IMG/VR virus record: IMGVR_UViG_3300036770_002122
Coordinates: 1-64,000 of that record
Length of the DNA stretch: 64,000 bases
Strand: one strand, 5' to 3'
Origin: a virus
Positions within the stretch are counted from its first letter, which is position 1. The number at the start of each line of letters is the position of its first letter. The position numbers and the translations under genes were made by a program. Shown here one piece after another: positions 9,507 to 18,345 of the stretch. The notes under the pieces were generated by a model. That model made no database searches. It saw only the letters and a program-made list of their open reading frames with translations, and was not told the origin of the DNA.

Positions 9507-10451
9507 ATGCCAATATTTTCAGGTGTAACATTTAGCGGCGGCGGCTTTCAAATAGAGGCTCCCCCTACTGCACTTCTAGTTGACTACCTAGCAGTTGCCG
9601 GCGGTGGTGGCGGTGGTGGCGGACAAGATATAGGTGTAGGCCAACAAGCCTCAGGCGGCGGCGGTGGCGGTGGTGGCTTTTTAACAGGTTCGGGCATAGA
9701 ACTGACTTTTGGAGAAACATATATTGTAACAATAGGCGCAGGTGGAAATGCTGGGACATCGCCTGCCTATCAACCAGGCACTGCTGGCAGTCAAGGATCA
9801 AACACATCAATATCAGGAAGTTTAGTATCTATAACTAGTTATGGCGGTGGTGGCGGTGGTGGTGGATACCAATATGGAAGCGCAGACAGAACTGGCGGTA
9901 ACGGTGGTTCAGGTGGCGGTGGTGGATATACTAATACTGGCACTGGTGTCAGTAGTTCCGGCGGATATGGTGTTTACCCTGCAAGTCCTTATATCAACGC
10001 AGCAAGACAAGGTTATGATGGATCGGCTGCTCCCGGCGTCAACGCCCGCGGCGGCGGCGGTGGTGGCGCAGGAACTCCCCGCTCTAGAACGACATATGAA
10101 AATACCGGAGCCGATGGCCTTTATTCAACATTATCAGGGGCTAATGTAGCATATGCCGGTGGCGGTGGTGGTGGCGGAGATGCGTATGGCGGAGCAGGTG
10201 GTGCAGGTGGTGTAGGTGGAGGTGGTACCGGCGGCACTGGAGGCGGCGGTGTATCAGCGGGCACTGCTAATTTAGGTGGTGGCGGTGGCGGAGGTATGAG
10301 AAATGTCGGTGGTAATGGCGGATCAGGCGTTGTAATAATTAGTTGTCCCGATTCTGTGGCACTAGCAACAACTACAGGTAGTCCAACTGTCACAACATCA
10401 GGCGGATATCGCATTTACGAATTTACAGGTTCAGGTTCAATCACATTCTAA
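9507..10451 (+). CDS. Glycine-rich protein type B
   Basis: VDYLAVAGGG; C-terminal GGYRIYEFTGSGSITF; paralog of 11762-12652. Confidence 0.7.
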   Translation: MPIFSGVTFSGGGFQIEAPPTALLVDYLAVAGGGGGGGGQDIGVGQQASGGGGGGGGFLTGSGIELTFGETYIVTIGAGGNAGTSPAYQPGTAGSQGSNTSISGSLVSITSYGGGGGGGGYQYGSADRTGGNGGSGGGGGYTNTGTGVSSSGGYGVYPASPYINAARQGYDGSAAPGVNARGGGGGGAGTPRSRTTYENTGADGLYSTLSGANVAYAGGGGGGGDAYGGAGGAGGVGGGGTGGTGGGGVSAGTANLGGGGGGGMRNVGGNGGSGVVIISCPDSVALATTTGSPTVTTSGGYRIYEFTGSGSITF

Positions 10452-10471
10452 AAATTAGAGGATAGTAGAAA

Positions 10472-10834
10472 ATGGCACATTTTGCAAAATTAGATAGTAA
10501 CAATGTAGTTACAGAAGTAATCGTAGTTCACAATAACGAACTACTTGATAATGGTGTAGAGAGCGAAGCAAAAGGCATTGCTTTCTGCCAAAGTTTGTTT
10601 GGTGGTAACTGGAAACAAACCAGTTATAATGCTACTATGCGCAAGCACTTTGCAGGCATAGGTTTTACTTATGATCAAGGTCTTGACGCATTTATTCCAC
10701 CAAAACCATATAACAGTTGGGTATTGAATACAACAACTTGTTTATGGGAAGCCCCGACTCCAATGCCGTCTGACGGTAAGGTATACAGTTGGGATGAAGC
10801 AACAACTAGTTGGGTAGAAGTACAAGTAGGATAA
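10472..10834 (+). CDS. Small protein associated with Gly-rich fibre genes (assembly chaperone-like)
   Basis: MAHFAKLD start, WKQTSYN, FIPPKPY and WDE..W motifs; GAGG RBS; sits between Gly-rich genes. Confidence 0.6.
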   Translation: MAHFAKLDSNNVVTEVIVVHNNELLDNGVESEAKGIAFCQSLFGGNWKQTSYNATMRKHFAGIGFTYDQGLDAFIPPKPYNSWVLNTTTCLWEAPTPMPSDGKVYSWDEATTSWVEVQVG

Positions 10835-10838
10835 AAAA

Positions 10839-11741
10839 ATGCCAATGATAGAAGCCGCTACAATCGACGGTGGAATTAATATAGAAGCCCCGGTATTCTA
10901 CTCATTCAACATCAGCCCGTCTGTATCAGGTAAAAGTGTATGGGATCTACAAGCAGATGGGCCCCTTAGTCTAACTACACAAGGCACGTGGACTATTACA
11001 CCAGTTAGTTCATTGAGTGCAAACGTCAAAATATGGGGCGCAGGTGGCGGAAGCTCAACAGGTACCAATGGCGGCGGAGGCGGTGCGGCTACAGCAGAAA
11101 TACTATTCGATGAAACAAAAACTTATACACTAATTGTTGGTAGTACAGGTAATGCTGGCGGAGTATATACAGGTTCAGGCGGTGGTGCAGGTACTGGCAT
11201 CAACAACGGCGTTACTCATATTCTTATTGCAGGTGGCGGTGGCGGTAGTTTAGGCGGTACCGGCGGCGGTGGCGGCGGTACTGCCGGTGAAGCAGGTGGA
11301 CGCGACTTCAATGACGGGTTCGGCGGCGGCGGCGGCACACAATCATCAGCAGGTGGCGGTGGTGCTGGTAGAAGCGGAAGAAACGGCGCTTCCGGCACTG
11401 GTCCGGGAAGTCTAACAGGTGGTAATGGTGGCGACGGTGGTAACCTAGACGGATATATAAACGGCGGCACTGGTTATGGCAATGGCGGTAGGGGCGGTAC
11501 TAGAAATGGTGATGCCGGCGGTAGTGGCGGCGGCGGCGGCTATTATGGCGGCGGCGGCGGAGGTGTAGGTGGCTCAGGTGGTGGTGGTGGTGGCGGTGGA
11601 TCCGGCTATGTCAATACATCACTTACAACAAATGGAACTATCTATTCAGCCACTGGAGGTACACCAGGTAATAATAGTGATGCTGCACGCGGTACAGCAG
11701 GCAATCCAGGAACAGCCGGAAAGATTTACATATCTATATAA
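10839..11741 (+). CDS. Glycine-rich protein type A (second copy)
   Basis: WDLQADGPLSL, KIWGAGG, C-terminal GKIYISI match the 8641 protein. Confidence 0.7.
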   Translation: MPMIEAATIDGGINIEAPVFYSFNISPSVSGKSVWDLQADGPLSLTTQGTWTITPVSSLSANVKIWGAGGGSSTGTNGGGGGAATAEILFDETKTYTLIVGSTGNAGGVYTGSGGGAGTGINNGVTHILIAGGGGGSLGGTGGGGGGTAGEAGGRDFNDGFGGGGGTQSSAGGGGAGRSGRNGASGTGPGSLTGGNGGDGGNLDGYINGGTGYGNGGRGGTRNGDAGGSGGGGGYYGGGGGGVGGSGGGGGGGGSGYVNTSLTTNGTIYSATGGTPGNNSDAARGTAGNPGTAGKIYISI

Positions 11742-11761
11742 AATATAAAAGGAAATAATAA

Positions 11762-12652
11762 ATGCCAATCATATCAGGTGTAACAATTAGCGGTGGCGGT
11801 GTAGATATAACTGCACCCCCTCCTCCATCCGTTACGGTAGACTATTTAGTAGTAGCCGGCGGTGGAAGTGGTGGTGGTGGATATTCCGGTGGCGGCGGTG
11901 GCGCCGGCGGATTTAGAACGAATAGTAATGTATCTTTGTCTACGGGATTAATTTACACAGTTACAGTTGGTGCTGGAGGTGCAGGCAACCTAAAACAGGG
12001 ATCATCAGGCAGTAGTTCAGTTTTTGACACAATTACCTCAGCTGGTGGCGGTGCCGGCGGATCAAATTATGAGCCTGGGCCAAGTCATGCAAATGCTAAA
12101 AGCGGTGGATCAGGGGGAGGCGAGCATCGTCGTGCAGATGTGCTGCCAGGAGGCGCAGGTAACACTCCATCTGTGAGCCCATCTCAAGGCAATAACGGTG
12201 GAAAAAACAATGGTGCAAATGCAACAGGAGGTGGCGGTGGTGCTGGAGCAGCTGGCGCAAATGGAATTGCCAGTGCCTCTGGCGCTGGTGGTGCAGGTGC
12301 ATCATCAAGTCTTTCTGGATCGGCTGTAACTTATGCTGGTGGTGGCGGTGGCGGCGGTGGATATAATAATGGTGCACCACGCGGTCTTGGTGGATCAGGC
12401 GGTGGTGGCAACGGAGGACCAGAAAACAATTCTGGTTCAAATGGAACAACCAATACTGGTGGTGGTGGTGGTGGCTGCGGATTTAACCTATCTGCCAGTG
12501 CAAATGGTGGTTCAGGCGGCAGCGGCATAGTAATTATACGTTACTCTGATAACCAACCAGCAGCCACATCAACTACCGGCAGCCCAACTATTACTGTAAC
12601 CGGCGGTTATCGCATTTATAAGTTTACAGGTTCCGGGTCAATCACTTTCTAA
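11762..12652 (+). CDS. Glycine-rich protein type B (second copy)
   Basis: VDYLVVAGGG; C-terminal GGYRIYKFTGSGSITF match the 9507 protein. Confidence 0.7.
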   Translation: MPIISGVTISGGGVDITAPPPPSVTVDYLVVAGGGSGGGGYSGGGGGAGGFRTNSNVSLSTGLIYTVTVGAGGAGNLKQGSSGSSSVFDTITSAGGGAGGSNYEPGPSHANAKSGGSGGGEHRRADVLPGGAGNTPSVSPSQGNNGGKNNGANATGGGGGAGAAGANGIASASGAGGAGASSSLSGSAVTYAGGGGGGGGYNNGAPRGLGGSGGGGNGGPENNSGSNGTTNTGGGGGGCGFNLSASANGGSGGSGIVIIRYSDNQPAATSTTGSPTITVTGGYRIYKFTGSGSITF

Positions 12653-12700
12653 AAACGCAAAATATAATAATTTTATTCTCCCAATACAGGTATAAGTATA

Positions 12701-12728
12701 TTGACATACTGTGATATTCGTGTAGACT
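12701..12728 (+). promoter_or_regulatory. sigma70-type promoter of the ssb gene
   Basis: TTGACA-N16-TAGACT; TATAAGTA late-like box immediately upstream (12691). Confidence 0.5.
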
Positions 12729-12816
12729 ATCATAGTATGTTAGTTGTCTCCTAGACAACTCAACATAAAACACATTTAGGCTCAACATAGGCATTTTTAC
12801 AATAGGAGATTATATT

Positions 12817-13803
12817 ATGGCAAGTCTAGCAGATATCCGTGCCCGTCTCGCGGCACAAGAAAGTAAGAAATCAAATCAGGGTCAACGTACTCAATCAGAT
12901 AACGCAATCTATCCACACTGGAATATGGAAGAAGGCACAACTGCCACTATCCGTTTTCTTCCAGACGCAAATAGTTCAAATACATTTTTCTGGGTAGAAC
13001 GTCAGATCATCAAGTTACCATTCAATGGTGTCAAGGGTGATCCAAATATGAAACAAGTAGTTGTACAAGTTCCATGCGTAGAAATGTATGGTGACAATTG
13101 TCCTATCTTGGCAGAAGTTCGTCCTTGGTATAAAGATGAAACTCTCAAAGAAATGGCTAACAAGTATTGGAAGAAGCGCAGTTATTTGTTTCAAGGTTTT
13201 GTTCGTCAGAACCCAATTGGTAATGACACAACTCCTGCAAATCCAATTCGTCGTTTCGTTATTAGCCCACAAATTTTCACTATCATCAAGTCAAGTTTGA
13301 TGGATCCTGATATGGAAAACATCCCAACTGATTACTTGAATGGTACTGATTTCAACGTCAAAAAGACTAGCAAGGGCGGTTATGCTGATTACTCAACTAG
13401 TAACTGGGCACGTAAAGAAAGCCCACTAACTGAAGCAGAGCAGGCTGCTATTGAAGCACATGGTCTATTCAATCTTGCTGACTTTTTACCCAAGAAGCCC
13501 AGTGAAAGTGAATTGCGTGTTATCAAAGAAATGTTTGAGGCTTCAGTAGATGGTAAGCCTTATGATAATGATAAGTGGGGCGCATATTATCGCCCGTATG
13601 GTCTTGAGGCTCCTACTGGTGCATCAGTACCCCCTCACGTAACTGAAACTTCAACATTAACTGTTTCTGCTAAAAAGCCAGTTGTTGAAGATGAAGAACC
13701 AGTAGAATCAAAGAGTGAACCCGTAGTTGTTCCTAAGAGTACTTCTAGCGATAAGGCACAGGACATTTTAGCGATGATCCGTGCTAGACAGCAGAAGGGC
13801 TAA
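12817..13803 (+). CDS. Single-stranded DNA-binding protein (T4 gp32-like)
   Basis: ATIRFLPD, C-X7-CP, YWKKRSY, GGYADYSTS; AGGAG RBS; precedes uvsX. Confidence 0.9.
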   Translation: MASLADIRARLAAQESKKSNQGQRTQSDNAIYPHWNMEEGTTATIRFLPDANSSNTFFWVERQIIKLPFNGVKGDPNMKQVVVQVPCVEMYGDNCPILAEVRPWYKDETLKEMANKYWKKRSYLFQGFVRQNPIGNDTTPANPIRRFVISPQIFTIIKSSLMDPDMENIPTDYLNGTDFNVKKTSKGGYADYSTSNWARKESPLTEAEQAAIEAHGLFNLADFLPKKPSESELRVIKEMFEASVDGKPYDNDKWGAYYRPYGLEAPTGASVPPHVTETSTLTVSAKKPVVEDEEPVESKSEPVVVPKSTSSDKAQDILAMIRARQQKG

Positions 13804-13811
13804 TAAAGTTT

Positions 13812-13833
13812 GGGGAGAGAGATATCTCTCCCC
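13812..13833 (+). terminator. Stem-loop after ssb (terminator or processing site)
   Basis: GGGGAGAGA-gata-TCTCTCCCC; no clear U tract. Confidence 0.45.
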
Positions 13834-13856
13834 TCTCCTAAACTGAGGAAACTACC

Positions 13857-14093
13857 ATGACACTACCAGACGAAAGATACCGCGCACTAAAGCAGGGTAA
13901 GAAATTACTTGAGGAATTATGCGATCCGGGCAAGACGCCTAGGGTGCCGAGCATCGTCCGTGATCGTGCGCGTGGTGCATTGCGACACTATCCAAATGAT
14001 TATGAAATTGATCGTATCGCGGACAGTTGTCCGGAGATGCTTGACAAAATAGCATTCAATGATAGAATCGCTAAACGAAATATTTTGAAATAA
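13857..14093 (+). CDS. Hypothetical protein
   Basis: 78-aa ORF with GAGG RBS between ssb and uvsX. Confidence 0.7.
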   Translation: MTLPDERYRALKQGKKLLEELCDPGKTPRVPSIVRDRARGALRHYPNDYEIDRIADSCPEMLDKIAFNDRIAKRNILK

Positions 14094-14102
14094 GGAGGCC
14101 AC

Positions 14103-15161
14103 GTGGCTAAACCATTTGATGTTAGTAAATTTAGAAAAGATATTACCAAGAGTATTGAAGGTCTCAGCATTGGTTTCAATGATCCTACTGATTGGATCAG
14201 TACCGGTAACCACGCTCTCAATTATCTTATTAGCGGAGACTTTAACAAAGGAGTCCCTCTAGGTAAGGTAACTGTATTTGCAGGTGAATCAGGTTCAGGC
14301 AAATCATACATTTGTTCTGGTAATCTTGTTCGTCACGCACAACAGCAAGGCATTTTCGTAGTATTGGTTGATACTGAAAACGCACTTGATGAAGATTGGT
14401 TGAAGGCACTTGGTGTTGATACCAGCGAAGATAAGTTGTTGAAACTAAACATGGCAATGATTGATGACGTTGCTAAGACTATTAGTGAGTTCATGAAAAA
14501 TTATAAACTTTTACCAGCAGACGATAAGCCGAAGGTATTGTTTATCATTGACAGTCTTGGCATGTTGTTGACTCCAACTGATGTCAATCAGTTTGAAGCA
14601 GGTGATATGAAGGGTGACATGGGTCGTAAGCCTAAGGCACTCACTAGTCTTGTTCGCAATTGTGTCAATATGTTTGGATCACATAACGTCGGTCTAGTCG
14701 CAACTAATCACACTTATGCTTCACAAGATATGTTTGATCCAGATGACAAGATCAGTGGTGGTCAAGGCTTCATCTATGCTTCAAGTATTGTTGTTGCTAT
14801 GAAGAAACTCAAACTCAAGGAAGATGATGAAGGTAACAAGATCAGCGAAGTACGTGGTATTCGTAGTGCCTGTAAGGTAATGAAAACACGTTACGCAAAG
14901 CCATTTGAAAGTGTTCAAGTCAAGATTCCTTATGAGACTGGTATGAATCCTTACAGCGGTTTGCTTGATCTATTTGAGAAGGCAAATATTTTGACGAAGG
15001 AAGGTAATCGTCTTGTCTACACAACTGATAGTGGCGAAGTTATCAAATTCTTCCGCAAAGGTTGGGAAAGCAATGAAGATGGTTGTCTCGACAAAGTAAT
15101 GTCAGAATATCAAAACCGTCAAACAAAGATAAGTAATACAAATTCTGTTGTGGAGGAATAA
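14103..15161 (+). CDS. uvsX: RecA/UvsX recombinase
   Basis: Walker A GESGSGKS, VDTENALD, IIDSLG; GTG start with AGGAGG RBS. Confidence 0.93.
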   Translation: MAKPFDVSKFRKDITKSIEGLSIGFNDPTDWISTGNHALNYLISGDFNKGVPLGKVTVFAGESGSGKSYICSGNLVRHAQQQGIFVVLVDTENALDEDWLKALGVDTSEDKLLKLNMAMIDDVAKTISEFMKNYKLLPADDKPKVLFIIDSLGMLLTPTDVNQFEAGDMKGDMGRKPKALTSLVRNCVNMFGSHNVGLVATNHTYASQDMFDPDDKISGGQGFIYASSIVVAMKKLKLKEDDEGNKISEVRGIRSACKVMKTRYAKPFESVQVKIPYETGMNPYSGLLDLFEKANILTKEGNRLVYTTDSGEVIKFFRKGWESNEDGCLDKVMSEYQNRQTKISNTNSVVEE

Positions 15162-15166
15162 CACAG

Positions 15167-15424
15167 ATGAGTATTACTGTTATACATGAAGTTTGGCGAG
15201 CATTGAAAAGCGAAATTGATGAAAATAGTCTTCCAGATGCCGCAGAGTCTCTTGTTGATGTCCTTATTCAAAATGATTACGAAGCAGCAGATATCAAGGC
15301 AGAGTTTCGTAGAGATGGTGATGTGATGGATGCTGTCAAGGCATTTATCGCATCGCAAGAGGATGAAGAAGAGGAATACGAGGAAGAGGAAGAAGATGAT
15401 GAGGATTACGACGATAATTGGTGA
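15167..15424 (+). CDS. Hypothetical protein with acidic tail
   Basis: 85-aa ORF, GGAGG RBS, poly-D/E C-terminus. Confidence 0.7.
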   Translation: MSITVIHEVWRALKSEIDENSLPDAAESLVDVLIQNDYEAADIKAEFRRDGDVMDAVKAFIASQEDEEEEYEEEEEDDEDYDDNW

Positions 15425-15427
15425 TGA

Positions 15428-15886
15428 ATGAACTGGTATACCAGAATCACAACCGATTTAAGCGTAATCCCTGATTTCATAGCACACTATGAATCAGAAT
15501 TAGAGCAAGCAAAATGGGATTGTAGGGTAGGTGGAAAGGTAGAAAAAAATATCTCAAACCTACCCGGCATCACAGAACAGCGTTTCAATCAATTACAAGA
15601 GATTGAAGCGGTGTTGAATTATCTCAACATACAATTGCGTAAGTTGAGGCGTAAATACTTTCAGAAGTATCTAGAAGGATACAATCGCGCACTAACAAGT
15701 CGTGATGCTGAAAAGTATGTTGATGGTGAAGATGAAGTTATTGACTTTGAAGTTCTAATCAACGAGGTGGCACTCTTGCGTAATAAATGGCTAGGCATCA
15801 TGAAAGGTCTTGACAGCAAGCAGTGGCAATTAGGCCATATCGTAAGGCTACGCACAGCCGGCATGGAAGATGTCACGGTCTCCTAA
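15428..15886 (+). CDS. uvsY: UvsY-like recombination mediator
   Basis: Helical 152-aa protein (LTSRDAEKYVDGE, KGLDSKQWQL) downstream of uvsX. Confidence 0.75.
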   Translation: MNWYTRITTDLSVIPDFIAHYESELEQAKWDCRVGGKVEKNISNLPGITEQRFNQLQEIEAVLNYLNIQLRKLRRKYFQKYLEGYNRALTSRDAEKYVDGEDEVIDFEVLINEVALLRNKWLGIMKGLDSKQWQLGHIVRLRTAGMEDVTVS

Positions 15887-16146
15887 TGATGACAAACATT
15901 ATTCCACTTATCACTTCCTACCTCAATACACAAAAGAACTACCTAGACAGCAAACCACAAGTTTCAACACACAGTAAGTATACCTGTGTGACATTCACAT
16001 ATCACGGTGTTGATATTGAAGTTTGTGTGTATAATGACACTTTTATCAAACTAAAGGTAAATAATATACCATATGCTATATGCGATGGCATGAAAACATT
16101 CAAGTATGAAATTGACAGACTACACACATTGAGGTATCAATGGTAG
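15886..16146 (+). CDS. Hypothetical protein
   Basis: ATG overlaps the uvsY stop (TAATG); start trimmed from the ORF track. Confidence 0.55.
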   Translation: MMTNIIPLITSYLNTQKNYLDSKPQVSTHSKYTCVTFTYHGVDIEVCVYNDTFIKLKVNNIPYAICDGMKTFKYEIDRLHTLRYQW

Positions 16147-16334
16147 ACCAACGCACACTATTGCAACAAGTGTTGATTGGCATTGAAGATATGTCAATTG
16201 TAGATCAGAACAAATATCCAAACCTACAAAGACTAATACCAGAACTATACAAAGCAATACAAATCGATGATGAATGTGATCACAAATTCATCAACGGTGT
16301 TTGTATCTGTGGATTTACCCAAAACAACAAATAA
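16140..16334 (+). CDS. Hypothetical protein with C-x-H...C-x-C tail
   Basis: 64-aa ORF with GAGG RBS. Confidence 0.55.
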   Translation: MVDQRTLLQQVLIGIEDMSIVDQNKYPNLQRLIPELYKAIQIDDECDHKFINGVCICGFTQNNK

Positions 16335-16337
16335 CAC

Positions 16338-16366
16338 TTGACACAACATCTTGTGTCATGTAATCT
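16338..16366 (+). promoter_or_regulatory. sigma70 promoter overlapped by a palindrome
   Basis: TTGACA-N17-TAATCT; IR TGACACAA-catc-TTGTGTCA (16339-16358). Confidence 0.6.
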
Positions 16367-16401
16367 ATATATTGTGTTCAATAAATCAAAGGAGTATTTT
16401 A

Positions 16402-16614
16402 ATGAAGATTCGTAATAGCGTGTTGTTGAAGATGACCGGTGTTGGACTTGCTACTGTAGGTGTTATTTTAGGACTACAATATATATTAGGAGATTGGGGT
16501 ATTATTATCTTTTGGTCAGGTTTGCTAGCATATTTGCTACGGCTGATGTATCTTATGCAAGTTGATATTGCTACTAGAAAGCAGCAGGATATTGTAGATA
16601 GATTAAAAAAGTAA
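16402..16614 (+). CDS. Small two-TM membrane protein
   Basis: AAGGAG RBS before ATG 16402; two hydrophobic segments. Confidence 0.65.
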   Translation: MKIRNSVLLKMTGVGLATVGVILGLQYILGDWGIIIFWSGLLAYLLRLMYLMQVDIATRKQQDIVDRLKK

Positions 16615-16622
16615 CGGTAACG

Positions 16623-16703
16623 TAAGTTATTGATTTGTCAAGCCTTTTTTCTGCGTAAAAAGTGGGGAAAAGGCTTGACTTTTTTTGAGTTTGGGCGCAT
16701 ACT
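16623..16703 (+). promoter_or_regulatory. Early promoter with upstream IHF-like site and 12-bp IR
   Basis: TTGACT-N17-CATACT (16675-16703); WATCAAN4TTR match on the minus strand 16623-16635; IR GTCAAGCCTTTT/AAAAGGCTTGAC. Confidence 0.65.
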
Positions 16704-16733
16704 ATCTATATGCTGAACGAACGGAGACAAGAG

Positions 16734-16937
16734 ATGAATAAGCGTCACGGTGGACCTTATGATCGCGGTAGTGCTGATAGTTATTATCGTCGTGGTTGCA
16801 AACCTCACTATTATGTGGGCGATACCTACAGTAGCGAAATCGTTACTGAGGAGCGTATGACCCTTGAAGAAATCAACGAGTATTACAAGGGTTTTGACGA
16901 TAACGAGCAAGACCAAAATTTCAAGGATTGGGGCTAA
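16734..16937 (+). CDS. Early hypothetical protein
   Basis: RHGGPYDRGSADSYY motif; GGAG RBS; alternative in-frame ATG at 16710. Confidence 0.7.
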   Translation: MNKRHGGPYDRGSADSYYRRGCKPHYYVGDTYSSEIVTEERMTLEEINEYYKGFDDNEQDQNFKDWG

Positions 16938-16938
16938 T

Positions 16939-17142
16939 ATGGGATATCGTACACTGAGTGAGCGTGAGCAGAAGTGGCAACCCCGCAAGGGCCTCGAAGG
17001 CCCGTTTTTCTACCCCTCGGGTGCGGTGTTATATTATGACCCGAAAGCAGGTCGGTACTGGGATCCTAGTACAGACTTTTATGTAGAACACGATAGAGTT
17101 TCCCAGCTGAAAAACGAGATTTTCGGTATCGTAAGTCGTTGA
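16939..17142 (+). CDS. Early hypothetical protein
   Basis: GLEGPF..YYDPKAGRYWDP; ATG directly after the upstream stop. Confidence 0.65.
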   Translation: MGYRTLSEREQKWQPRKGLEGPFFYPSGAVLYYDPKAGRYWDPSTDFYVEHDRVSQLKNEIFGIVSR

Positions 17143-17190
17143 TTTTGCTGGAATTATAGTTCTTGCTATTTTCCTGTAAGTTGATATAAT
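17132..17190 (+). promoter_or_regulatory. Early promoter with IHF-like site
   Basis: TTGCTA-N16-TATAAT with TGn extension; TAAGTCGTTGATT at 17132-17144. Confidence 0.6.
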
Positions 17191-17224
17191 AGTTATATTG
17201 ATTGTTGACTAACGGAGTATATAT

Positions 17225-18256
17225 ATGTCGATTGTTTTAGTGAAAAGCGGTTCGTATCGCGGCATGCCTGTGATCAATACGCAATTCAAGTTGGTTCGCG
17301 GTTTTCAATCTGGTAAGAAAGGTAACTACATCACTGTTCGCAATGACGGTGTGTTTAGTGATTATGCTGGTATTGACACTGTGAAAATCAAAGTTGAAGA
17401 TCAACATGATTTTGAATTCATTTCAGGAGATGGTCCAGTGAACGAAGTTGTTACACAAGTGCCCGCAGTTGTCGAATCTGATGACGAGGCTATGAATCGT
17501 ATCGCAACACGTTTTGCGATTCTTGACGAAATGGCTAAGGCTACTACGAACGGCGGCATTCGCGCTATGATCGTCAGTGGTCCCCCGGGTGTTGGTAAGT
17601 CGTTTGGTGTTGAGCAGCAGTTAGAGAAGGCGTCAATGTTTGATCGTCTTGCTGGTAAGACACTCAAGTACGAAGTTGTCAAAGGTGCTATGACGGCGCT
17701 TGGTCTCTATGCGTGTCTGTTCAAGCATAGCGACAAGAATCATGTCTTGGTGTTTGACGATTGCGATAGCGTGTTGATGGACGACTTGTCACTCAACATT
17801 CTCAAGGCTGCTCTTGACAGTGGCAAGCGTCGGCGCATCTATTGGAACAGCGATAGCAATATGCTGCGACGAGAGGGCATCCCCGATGCATTCGACTTCA
17901 ACGGTTCTTGCATCTTCATTACGAATATCAAGTTTGAGAACCTGAAGAGCAAGAAGTTGCAGGATCATCTTGAGGCACTTCAGTCGCGCTGTCACTTTCT
18001 TGACTTGACGATTGACACCGAGCGTGACAAGTTGTTGCGCATCAAGCAGGTGCATCGTGATACTGATGGTGGACTCTTCCGTGACTATGGGTTTGAGTTT
18101 GATGAAGGTGATCAGGTGTTGCAATTTATGTGGGACAACAAGTCGCGTCTGCGTGAGTTGTCGATGCGCATGGCGCTCAAGATTGCTGATCTGGTCAAAG
18201 TGAGCCCTGCAAACTGGCGCGCACTTGCTGAGTCAACTGTTATGCGTCGGGCTTGA
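17225..18256 (+). CDS. AAA+ family ATPase
   Basis: Walker A GPPGVGKS, Walker B LVFDDCD, sensor FITN, arginine finger ALQSRC. Confidence 0.85.
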   Translation: MSIVLVKSGSYRGMPVINTQFKLVRGFQSGKKGNYITVRNDGVFSDYAGIDTVKIKVEDQHDFEFISGDGPVNEVVTQVPAVVESDDEAMNRIATRFAILDEMAKATTNGGIRAMIVSGPPGVGKSFGVEQQLEKASMFDRLAGKTLKYEVVKGAMTALGLYACLFKHSDKNHVLVFDDCDSVLMDDLSLNILKAALDSGKRRRIYWNSDSNMLRREGIPDAFDFNGSCIFITNIKFENLKSKKLQDHLEALQSRCHFLDLTIDTERDKLLRIKQVHRDTDGGLFRDYGFEFDEGDQVLQFMWDNKSRLRELSMRMALKIADLVKVSPANWRALAESTVMRRA

Positions 18257-18280
18257 TACTCCGTTACCCACGCAAAGGCG

Positions 18281-18310
18281 AGAGGGTCGAAAGGCCCTCT
18301 TTCCTTTTTT
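18281..18310 (+). terminator. Rho-independent terminator
   Basis: AGAGGGTC-GAAA-GGCCCTCT followed by a T-rich tract. Confidence 0.8.
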
Positions 18311-18345
18311 GTTTGTAAATCAAATTAATAATGTTACAATAGTAT

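Noticed and set aside
9030-12530. GGT/GGC microsatellite-like runs and Pro-rich minus-strand ORFs
   Set aside because: Explained by poly-Gly coding; the antisense ORFs are shadows
8641-12652. Diversity-generating retroelement acting on the Gly-rich paralogs or the Mtd-N-like fibre
   Set aside because: No reverse transcriptase in the window and no near-identical TR/VR pair; paralogs differ at all base types
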